DNA of 48,138 bases from positions 492,933 through 541,070 of the forward strand of contig NW_008246089.1 of NCBI RefSeq assembly GCF_000281045.1, given 5' to 3'. Origin of the DNA: Saprolegnia diclina VS20 (Eukaryota). Both the position numbers and the translations under genes were made by a program. Position 1 is the stretch's first letter. Every line of letters starts with the position of its first letter. Positions 9,998-19,740 of the stretch are shown here, piece after piece. A model generated the notes under the pieces. It worked only from the letters and a program-made list of their open reading frames with translations. It ran no database searches and was not told the DNA's origin.

Positions 9998-11832
9998 ATG
10001 TTGGAGTACGATAATTCGGCGTTCTACTACTTTGGCATCTCGCTCGGGTCGCTCTACGCGATCCCGCTCACGTACCTGAGCCTCAAGCGCATCATCTACG
10101 GCGTCTTCCTCAAGGACAAGCTCCTCGACCAGCTCGACGTGCGCTGCGACAAGGAGCTGCAGAAGGTCCGGCAGCTCCAGGCCGAGAAGACGTCGATCCG
10201 CAAGGTGTTCAACGTGGCCTTTGTCATCAACCTCGTCGTGCTCGCGGTCATGTGGTATGGTCTCTACACGATGATCATGCTCGTCAAGGACGACTCGGAG
10301 ATCAAGACATTTGACCCGTTTGCGATCCTTGGCATTGCCAGCGGCGCGTCCGAGCAAGAGATCAAGCGTGCGTACCGCAAGATGAGTCTGCTCTACCACC
10401 CGGACAAGAACCCGGGCGACTCGGTCGCCGAGTCCAAGTTTGTGCTCGTCGCCAAGGCCAACCAGGCGCTCACAGATCCGGTCGCCAAGAAGAACTTCGA
10501 GATGTTTGGCAACCCCGATGGTCGCCAGTCGCTCCAGCTCAGCATTGGCCTCCCGACGTTCCTCCTCGACAAGGACAACCACATGGCGATTCTCACCATC
10601 TACCTCCTCGTGCTCGTCGTCGCGATCCCGTCCGCGGTCGCGCTCTGGTACTCGCACTCGAAGCAGTACGGCGACAGCATGATCATGTACGACTCGTACG
10701 GCTTCTACAACTACGCGCTCTCGGAGCACGCCCACTTGAAGATGATGCCCGAGGTCCTTGCCGGGTCGGCCGAGTACCGCGAAATCCCCGTCGTACGTCG
10801 TGCTTTCATCTCGGATGTATGCTGACTTGTATCGTCATGTAGCGCCCGAACGACCAGGGCGAGCTTGGCGCGATCTTCCGCGACCTCAAGAACGACCAGA
10901 GCATGGCCAAGGCCCGCTTCAACCACCCGGGTATCGCCAAGTCGAACCTCCTCATGCACGCGCATTTGCTGCGCAAGCCGCTGAGCCCGGCGCTCGAGGC
11001 GGACCTCAACACGATGCTCAAGAAGGCCATGCATTTGATCGATGGCATGATGGAGATCTGCGTCTCCAAGGGCTGGCTCCAGACGCTCATCAACGTCATT
11101 GAGTTTGAGCAGCACATTACGCAGGCGCTGTGGGTCAAGGACTCTGCGCTCCTCCAGCTGCCGCACTTTACCGAAGCCGAAGTCAAGCACACGATGACAG
11201 GCAAGAACGGCATCCGTAGCCTCCAGCAGTTTATCGACGCGCCCGAAGATGCGCGCCGGGGCATGAACAACATGAGCGACGACGAGAAGGCTGAGGTCAA
11301 CCGCGTGTGCTCGATCCTCCCCAACATTGACATGGAGATTACGTGCGAAGTCGAAGACGAAGATCAAATTGCCGAGGGCGACATTATGACGGTCACGGTC
11401 AAGCTCACGCGCAAGAACGTCGAGGAAGGCGAAACGTGCGACCTTGTGTACGCGCCCGAGTTTCCCGTGCCCAAGGCCGAGCGGTGGTTTGTCCTTGTCG
11501 GCGACTCGCGCTCGAACCACTTGCACGCGTTCTCGAAGCTCACGTCGCAGGAGCAGGTGGTCGAAGAGAAGCTCCGTCTCCAGGCGCCGCCCAAGGAAGG
11601 CCAGTATCAACTTGATATTTGGCTCAAGTCGGACTCGTACTTGGGTCTCGACCAGCGCAAGGCAATCCGGTTCCAGGTCGTCTCGGCCGACTCGCTCCCG
11701 GTGTTTGAAGCGCACCCGGAAGACATTGAGCTCGACAATGAGCCGACGCTCTTCCAGCAGGTCATGCAGCTCCAGGAGGACTCGAGCGACTCGGAAGACG
11801 AAGACGACGACGAGGACAAGAAGACCAAGTAG
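9998..11832 (+). CDS. SEC63: ER translocon subunit Sec63 (DnaJ + Sec63/Brl domain), one intron 10793-10842
   Basis: N-terminal YDNSAFYYF, three TM segments, J-domain with HPDKN, YG/FGNPDG motif, Sec63 domain (LLQLPHF, YAPEFPVPKAERW, SDSYLGLD) and an acidic C-terminus. The 50-nt GT-AG intron joins both ORFs in frame. Confidence 0.95.
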
Positions 11833-11864
11833 ACGTACTGCGACCAATATATTTCGTATCATCA

Positions 11865-13934
11865 TCATGTTGATTCCCGACTCGGGTCGGGCACGACGAG
11901 GTGCTCGGGCGGCAGCACCACCAAAAAGTCACGCAGGCGCACGGACGGTACCTGGGTCGTTGGCGCCGACGCAATCGCAACTTCGTCGGCGAGTCGTGTT
12001 CGCCACGCAGACGCCAAGGCTGTCCACTCGCGCTTGCTAAAGACGCCGTGGGTCTGTGTCTCTTGTGCGTGCAGCCATCGAGTTGCGTCCTTGGACTTGG
12101 CCACGACCGGCGGCGACGTCTTGGCCCCGCTCACAGCAAAGGCGATGTGCAGCCACGGGAGGAGACCGTCCGTGTTGTCCATCGGTGCTCGGCGCAACAG
12201 CCGCGGCACGGGCGCGGCGTGGACCGCGACAGCAAAGAGGCGGCAGCAGAGCGCGCAGAGCTCCGGGTGCGAGTTGGCGACAAACGAATAAAAGGAGCTC
12301 ACGTCGTCGAGGTAGTCGCGTGTGACATCGCCATCAAACGGAAACGACTTGGCATCGACGGCCGCGAGCACATCGTCGATCGTCGATGCCGGGATCGGTG
12401 CGTGGAACCAGCGACCATAGACGTGCTCAAAGTACGTTGGCACGAGGCTGCGCACGGCGGGCGAGAGATGCAGCTCCAGATGCACGTTGAAGACGCACGC
12501 TAGCCCCATCGTCGGGAGATCGTACCAGCGCCAGAAGCTCTCGAGCAGCTCTCGCATCGCGTCGTCGTCGTCAAAGTGTTTATAGAGCCACGCTAATGTG
12601 TGCACGACGTGGGCGAGCGTCGGGCACTTGCGGGTCATGGCCGCGTGCAAGGGTCGTAGGCGCTCGAGGAGCGATCGCAGCCCGGTCCACGTCGCTACGT
12701 CGTCGAGATAGGCGCGAAGGGACGGCGGCAGCGCCACGTCGGCCAGAGCATCTCTCAGCTGCACAAAGGCATCGAGTGTCGCGACGATCGAATGGACGTC
12801 GTTGGCCAGTGCCACGGGCGGCGGCACGAACGGTATGGACGGATGCCGAAGGTAGCTCGTGACCTCCATCATCGCTCCTAGAAGCGCCTCGTAACGTTCG
12901 TCGGTGAGGAGGGACCCGAGGAGGAGCTCAAGCACGTGGTGGAGGCACGGCAAGACGAGGAGGTCGGGGGCGCTCGCCGCTTGGAAACGCATGGCGGCTT
13001 GCAGCGGCAGCATTGCATCAGCGACGATGGCCACGATCGACACGTTGCTCTGGCGCAGCGCGCTTAAACAAGCGCTGACATGGGCTTGCAGCTCGGGCAC
13101 GGTCCAGTCGTGGACCGACACCAAGGAGAGCGCGCACGCGTCGCCGTCCGAGTTGATGAGCGAGAACGAGACGAGGTGAGGGACCGACGCCTGTGGCTGC
13201 CACGCGTTGACGCTGAGCGTGAGCCCGCCTTTGATCGTCGAGTTGAGCATGCCTTCTTTGACCTTGTCGAGCTGCGCTTTCGCGAGGCTGGACGCGACGG
13301 TCGCAATGTCTCCGAGCGACGATGGCATCGATAGCAGCGACGCAATCAAAGGCGCACGGGTCCAGTGCAGAGGAAGACTCGCTGAGACCGTCGCCTTCCA
13401 CAGCAGCGCGTCGGGCGACTCTTGGTTTGGGCGACTCGGCTGCTTTCGTTTAGCAGGTGTGGGCGTCGACTTGGCCCGCTGGTGGCACTCGGCCATGTAC
13501 GCTTCGAGATCTTCAACGATGCTGGAGGGCGTGTGCTCGCACTGCTTGAGGTGCTTGATCATGTCGGACGAGACGCCACGCGTCGAGTCGATGTGCTCCA
13601 TTGCTCCATCGTCGTCCACGTCGGGATGCGACTGCTTGTAGTGGAGAACGCAGTACCGGCAGTACGCATGGTAGTGGAACCGATTGCGCTTGGCGCCACG
13701 TAGAAAGTACTGCCACACGGGGTTCGCCGGCCGCCCAGTCCGGCGCGTGTGCGACGGCCGGAGCAGCGGTTCGTCCATGCTGAGCGGCTGGAGCTGGTCG
13801 AGCTCGGCCGACGTCATCTCCTCGTTGTTGTCTTCCTCCTGCTCGAGGAGCGAGAGGCTTCCGGGTGGCGGGCTCATCGAGATGGACGCTGGCATCGGAA
13901 TCGCTTCCATGTTGATCTCGCCATCGCCTTGCAT
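11865..13934 (-). CDS. BED zinc-finger protein with degenerate hAT-transposase-like RNase H fold (probable domesticated or inactive transposase)
   Basis: BED finger PVWQYF...AYCRYC...MIKHLKQC. hAT-like core TLSVNAW / IVAIVADA / PCLHHVLELLL, and C-terminal HPELCALCCRLFAV. Intronless, 689 aa; no TIRs seen. Confidence 0.75.
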   Translation of the reverse strand: MQGDGEINMEAIPMPASISMSPPPGSLSLLEQEEDNNEEMTSAELDQLQPLSMDEPLLRPSHTRRTGRPANPVWQYFLRGAKRNRFHYHAYCRYCVLHYKQSHPDVDDDGAMEHIDSTRGVSSDMIKHLKQCEHTPSSIVEDLEAYMAECHQRAKSTPTPAKRKQPSRPNQESPDALLWKATVSASLPLHWTRAPLIASLLSMPSSLGDIATVASSLAKAQLDKVKEGMLNSTIKGGLTLSVNAWQPQASVPHLVSFSLINSDGDACALSLVSVHDWTVPELQAHVSACLSALRQSNVSIVAIVADAMLPLQAAMRFQAASAPDLLVLPCLHHVLELLLGSLLTDERYEALLGAMMEVTSYLRHPSIPFVPPPVALANDVHSIVATLDAFVQLRDALADVALPPSLRAYLDDVATWTGLRSLLERLRPLHAAMTRKCPTLAHVVHTLAWLYKHFDDDDAMRELLESFWRWYDLPTMGLACVFNVHLELHLSPAVRSLVPTYFEHVYGRWFHAPIPASTIDDVLAAVDAKSFPFDGDVTRDYLDDVSSFYSFVANSHPELCALCCRLFAVAVHAAPVPRLLRRAPMDNTDGLLPWLHIAFAVSGAKTSPPVVAKSKDATRWLHAQETQTHGVFSKREWTALASAWRTRLADEVAIASAPTTQVPSVRLRDFLVVLPPEHLVVPDPSREST

Positions 13935-14205
13935 GATGACGCAGCCGCCAGCAATCCCTTGTGTCTAAATCCACGCAACTCTAACGCCCTGGTCGAAATG
14001 TATACGGGACGGCAACACGAAGCTACTGCTTGAAAGATACCGTGCGTGGCAAGCAAGATGACAAGCGACTGATATGCACGTACGCAGCTGCGGCCATCAT
14101 CGACTGTTCCTTTCGACCAAGAGCCCGCCGCCGCCGATAGAGTTGCGTTCGTTTAGCTGATTCCGCACCGATCTCGCAACCGGCACAACCGGAAGATCGA
14201 CCATC

Positions 14206-15531
14206 ATGCGCATCTCGTTCGAGCTGCGCGGGCAGAAGGCCAAGCGCGCGTCGTGCAAGCGGGCGCCTGGCGCGCCGATGCAGCTGCAATCGCCCATCGC
14301 TGTTCCCAAGCACGTTCCCAAGCGACCGTGGCGGCAGATTGTCGACGCGGTGGCCTCGGGCAGCCTCGCGCGGCCGTGCACCAGCAGCGTGCAGCCGCCC
14401 GAGTCTCTGGTTCGCGCGTTGGTCAATCCCACACTTGGCGTGACAGTAGGCGCGCTTTCCAAATGGGCGTATGATCACAGTCGCCACGGCGTAGCGCCAC
14501 GGCCTCCCGCTCGACGCGCTACCGGCCTTTGCGAGCTCGGTCGTCGTGTTCTTGTTTCGCAACGGGTTTCTCTGCAGAGGCGTCGCACGTGCCGAAGCGG
14601 TCAACGGCCATGCACAAGCCTACGACAGTGCTTCCAGGTACGACCGCGCGACTCTCTTTACCATGATTGACGCTACACGGCAGCGCGTTTCTTCTGGCGC
14701 TGGACAGTGGCGTCATTCCGGCCGGCCTCACGACCTTGGTACTGCACGTTGTTGTTTCCTTCTCACATGGGACCGTGGGTGGCGTAGATGCCATGCATCT
14801 TCTACGACAATTGCATCCTCGTCGACATCTGGGACTACCGCGGCGACGAATCCGCTCTAGTCCCGACGTCGTCGGCGATGCTCCCGCGCGATGCGCCCTC
14901 CGACATACGCACGCGCCGACTGGTGCTGCGCGAGTCGCCGAGCCATTGCATGCTGCATTTGCAGCGGTTTGTAGAGGCGAGTGTGCCCGGCGCACCGGCT
15001 GGGTTGGCCATCGACTTGGAGGCCGCGCTCCTACCGCACGTGCACCCGGATGACACGCTGTGCTGGGACCCGTCGCCAGATGTCTTTCAAGTCGCAGCCG
15101 CGCTTGGACTGAGCAGCCACGTGGGTCAAGCGGCGATGATGCGTCGATGGGGCATCGGCACCGCGCGGCAGTACGCGTCGCTCGGTGCAGGATCGACCCC
15201 GTTTACGGCGACAACGACAGGCTCGCTTGGTGGGGGGCCTGTCGCTAAGCCACCATCATCATCAAAAAGTTCAGGTAGCACGACCGATCGGCGCGTCGAG
15301 CGACCGGATGATGACGCTCGAGTAGCAGCAGCGAAAGAAGAGGAAGGTCCGTTCTCGACAGCGCGCATCGCTGTCGCGAGGCCAATCCTACCACCGTCAG
15401 CGTCGTTTCTCGCCGCAGCCACGCAGTTGCGGACAGGCTTGGTGGCCACGTACGAGGTACTACAAGTGAATGCATCGGTGATCTCGCGTTGCATCAGTTC
15501 AACACGGCCACTGTGTGCATCTCTACACTAA
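14206..15531 (+). CDS. Spt20-like (SAGA complex subunit) domain protein; 3' end uncertain (15531, or via a further exon to 15775)
   Basis: Introns 14446-14494, 14638-14683 and 14739-14787 splice to SSVVVFLFRNGF..AYDSASSAFLLALDSGVIP..CIFYDNCILVDIWDYR..RRLVLR..DLEAALL..LCWDPSP, matching the Spt20 family pattern (FY.GC.IVE..DYR; LLRP; LE..LL..PLCLDPS). Confidence 0.7.
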
Positions 15532-16323
15532 CCATGATCCGAGGCTAATGCTGGTACATCTGGGCAGGCGAATCTGGCGCGGCTCGTCGCGCCGAGAGCC
15601 GACGACGACGACGACGTCCCACGCAGATCCTAGTCGACGCCAGCGCCCGTCGCTATTCGATAAAATCTTGGCGCTTCCATATATTTGGCGTGCCACGTTG
15701 CTTACGATGTCGACGGCGTCTGGTTTCGAATCCTCGCAGCTGAAGCCCACGGATCTGCATCTGGTCAAGATGTAGCGCCCTGACGTGGCAAGGCGACGCT
15801 GGCCTTATCGACGATGAGCGGCCGGTCGCGTTCCATGAAGACGAGGCAGAGTGGCACCAACGTGGGTGGCGGCCCACGAATCTGCCGCAGCTGGCGTCCG
15901 CACAGATGGCACGGACGACTCGACATCGCGGGCAGCGGCGTCGACGCCATGCCCTTGTCGACGTCGCTCGCTGCTCGCCGCCGCCGCCAATGACCTCGTC
16001 GCGGCCTGTGTCACTGCTGCGTCGAGGTCGAGATCGAGGTCGAAGCTGAGGTCGGGCGAGGACCAGGACGACCCAGTCGCACGTATCTTATGTGCGCCGA
16101 TCACTTGCGGCGGCCAATCTGGTTCCCACGGCTTCTCGCCGTTCGAAATTTCGAGGTTCGATATTTTATTTTAATCCGAGTTGAAGCCGCGACACCATAC
16201 AAAACCCAAGCTAAAATACAATCGTCGGGTTTGGGAGGATTGTTTTTCGAAACGCTTTTCGGTTTTCCGGTGTTTTAGCAAGGCGGCCCAGTGCATCATT
16301 TTGCAATCCTCGCCCAGTGCACG

Positions 16324-17028
16324 ATGTCGATGACCATTGTCGTGCCACCGCCCTCGAGCCTTCCCGACGACGTGCGCGGGTCGCCTTTTGCGATCGCGTC
16401 GCTCCTGAACCCTGTGCACATCAAGTCGGAGCCCCTCGCGATGCGCGCGCTCACGTTTGCCAAGGACCTCACGGGCGCCTACGGTCTTTTGGATCTGCGC
16501 CGCGACACGCAGTGCTTCCTCTCGACGTGCAGTCGCGAGGCTACGATCGGCGGCCTTTGCCGCGACCATACATGCGCAGTGAGCGGCTGCCGCAACATTA
16601 GCGTGCTCGACGGCATGTGCCGCTTCCATAGCGTCGGCGAAGAATGCGCGTCGCTGACGACGCCGCGCATGAAGCTCGAGACCAAGAGCCAGGCGACGAG
16701 CCCCGTGGGCAAGCCGCTCCCGAGCGTCATCATGATGCAACCCATGGCATCCAAGGTCTATGTGCGCTCCCGCTACTGCAAGGTGGCCGACTGCCACAAG
16801 CTGCGTCACAAGAACGGTCTCTGCGTCGCCCATGGCGGCGGCTGGTACTGCAAGGTCGATGGCTGCACCAAGCACAGCAAGGCGAAGGGCCTCTGCTCGG
16901 CGCACGGCGGCATTCACTACTGCCGCGTCGAAGGTTGCACCAAGTACCGCAAGAAGAAGGGCCTTTGCATCGCCCACGGCCGCGACGTGTTTGGTCGCAG
17001 CGACAGCATTGGCTCGTCGTCGGACTAG
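16324..17028 (+). CDS. WRKY19-like Cys/His-repeat zinc finger protein
   Basis: Five C-x4-C-x9-C-x2-H repeats, e.g. CKVADCHKLRHKNGLCVAHGGG and CKVDGCTKHSKAKGLCSAHGG. This family is known to be expanded in oomycetes. Confidence 0.85.
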   Translation: MSMTIVVPPPSSLPDDVRGSPFAIASLLNPVHIKSEPLAMRALTFAKDLTGAYGLLDLRRDTQCFLSTCSREATIGGLCRDHTCAVSGCRNISVLDGMCRFHSVGEECASLTTPRMKLETKSQATSPVGKPLPSVIMMQPMASKVYVRSRYCKVADCHKLRHKNGLCVAHGGGWYCKVDGCTKHSKAKGLCSAHGGIHYCRVEGCTKYRKKKGLCIAHGRDVFGRSDSIGSSSD

Positions 17029-17650
17029 AGGCGGTCCGATATGGCCGTTTTTGTCTCGGCGCCGCGCTGTTATTTTATTCGTGCCCTGTACTATTTATTG
17101 TCGGTTTTGCTTCCTATTTTAACGCTTTTTGAAATTCAATTTTGTTCTTAACGGTATCTCGATTCGATCGCGGCCTGTCGCTTTCCCGCCAGTCGGTGGG
17201 ATGATTCGACACCGGCGTCCCCACCAGCGCAACGGATCGTAGCGTGCAGCTGCTCGCGACTAATCTGCGGCGTCGACTGTCCACGAGTTGGACCAACGCC
17301 GTCGTCCGACAGGACGATCTCTGCGCCCAGATCCCACGGCCGCGCCCCTGGAGCGAATCTTCAAGCGACCGCCTCGACTGTCCTAGACCGTGCCACGTAC
17401 TTACAAGGTCGTGCGACTATGTAGCGCAAGCCGGTGCTCCTTTGTCCATCGCTACGAATACGAGCGGCGTAATGCTCGAGGAGGCCTGGGACCTGGCGTG
17501 CGAACTGGGAGAAGCCGACGAGACGGGACAGGTTGAAGGTGGCGACATCCGACCAGCCGCCTTTCTAACGTCCCGATCACACTATTTATCGATATATTGT
17601 CAATTGGTGTACACATAAGATCGTATTGTGTGCGAAAGGTCGCGGGCACG

Positions 17651-18864
17651 ATGGACGACCTCGGCGCGATCGTGCTCGACAATGGGTCGGGCGTCATCAA
17701 AGTCGGCTTCTCGGGCGAAGACACGCCCCGTGGCATCTTTCAGACGTCCGTGGGCACGCCACGGAACCCCGAGTGGCTCCTCTCGCACCACAACGGGCTC
17801 AAGCCCGACCGCGATTTCTTCGTTGGCAAAGAGACAGCGAGCATCCGCGACCACCTTGAAATTGTCGACCCGATGGTGCGCGGCAACGTCACGGACTGGG
17901 ACGCCATGGAGAAGGTGTGGGACTATACGTTCGAGCGCGAGCTGCGCATGAACCCCGAGGCCATCAACATGCCGGTTTGCGCCCATTATGGATCGCACAC
18001 GATGCATCAGGAGTTGCGTAGGTGCTCTGCACGAGTGCGTCACCGACCGCCAAGGCGCAGTTGGCCAAGACCGCGCAGCTCATGTTCGAGTCGTACAAGG
18101 CGTCGGCCTTCTACAGCATGCAGCAGTGCGTGCTTTCGCTCTTTGCGTCCGGTCGGACGCGCGGTATTGTCGTCGAGGCCGGCCACGGGTCGAGCCACGC
18201 AGTGCCTATCTTTGAAGGCTACGCGCTCCCACATGCGACGCTGCACTTGCAAGTCGGCGGCATGGACATCACAAAACACCTCGAGCTCCTTCTATCAAAG
18301 AGTGGGTATGCGCTCAAGCTCCACCACGTCTCGGTCTTTGCCGATATGAAGGAGAGCCACTGCTACACGATGACGGGGCGCGACGCGCCACTCAACGAGA
18401 CCAACAAACCGTTCGAGCTACCGGACGGGACCGTCATTACGATCAACAGCGACTGCCGGTCCAAGGCCACGGACGTCCTCTTCGACCCCTCAGCGCTGCC
18501 CGACGATCATCCTGCAAAGGAGACCAAGAGCTTGCCAGATCTCGTCGTGCAAAGCATCTCCATGTGCGACAAGGACCTCCAGCGTGACCTCCGCGGCGCG
18601 GTCGTCCTGGCGGGCGGCACCACAATGGTCCCAGGGCTTGCGAAGCGGCTGCACCATGAGCTCAGCACGAAGCTCCACGAGCCCGACGTTCGCATCGTAC
18701 CCGACTACGAGACGCGCGAGCGAGGGTACAACACCCACCGCAAGATCGCAGCGTGGATCGGCGGCTCCATGTTTGCGTCGCTCCCGACGTTCAAGGACAT
18801 CCAAATCACGCGGCAGGAGTGGGAAGAGTACCACGAGTCGATCTTGGATCGCAAGTGCTTTTAA
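17651..18864 (+). CDS. Divergent actin-related protein, one intron 17975-18021
   Basis: VLDNGSGVIKVGFSGEDTPR, HAVPIFEGYALPHA, FELPDG, VLAGGTTMVPG, AWIGGSMFASL and C-terminal RKCF. Many substitutions relative to conventional actin. Confidence 0.9.
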
Positions 18865-19740
18865 TCGAAAGTGGATTGTACGCAAGGTCAGGTATACACA
18901 GAGAGGAGGCGCGTCTTAGCACGTGCACGGGTCGCGCATTGCGTACTGCATCAAGTGCAAGAGCAAGAGCACGAGCATGACTGCATTCAAGTTGCCATCT
19001 GGCCAGCAGCCCATGAGCATTCGGCTTGCATGAGAAGCAAGGACGTACCGCCAAAGACTTCGTGCACGGGTGGCGCGGCCTCGGCGTCTGTTCGCGGGGC
19101 GGCCGCGGGCGCGACGCAGCCTGGCGCCGTCGTAGGGTCGCGTTGGTCCTTCATGATGGTGAGAGCAAGTTGCACTTTGACATATTCCGCCCTCCATACA
19201 AATCACAAGATCAAATTATAGAATTTAAAAGGCCGGCTTCGAAAATCCCCGACTCCATCCAAATTCGAAGCAGCTGGCGACGAGGACGACGAGGCGAGCA
19301 GCTTCTTCGGTCGCTTCTCATGGGCCGAGCACGTGGGCTATATACATTTTACCAAGGGCAAACCATCTCGAGGTGACAGATGACGACGTTTGCTGGAGCA
19401 ATCGACCACTTCAGCAGAAATGGCACATAATGGCATCGCCGCGAGCTCTGCAGCGATGCCGCGAGTTCCGGCGGTGAGTAGATCACCATTAGCGCGCGTG
19501 CCAGTGCTCTCGTATTGAGCTGCATAGTCCAGTAATCGCAAGGGGGCTCGGCCTCTAGCATGTACACAGCCCAAGCTAGTCATGCTAGTGCAGCCTTGAG
19601 GGTTGCGTGCAAAGAACAACGGCTGGGGCTATTTTGGGCAGAAGACGTTCCCATCCGACATACAAGGAAGGTCGAATTAGCAGTGTACTATTTATAATCG
19701 CCAAAAAGGCGGGCGGTTAATCAATCTTGAACCTGACGTG

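Noticed and set aside
9767..11868. 322-aa and 385-aa minus-strand ORFs opposite SEC63
   Set aside because: Antisense shadows of a highly biased gene.
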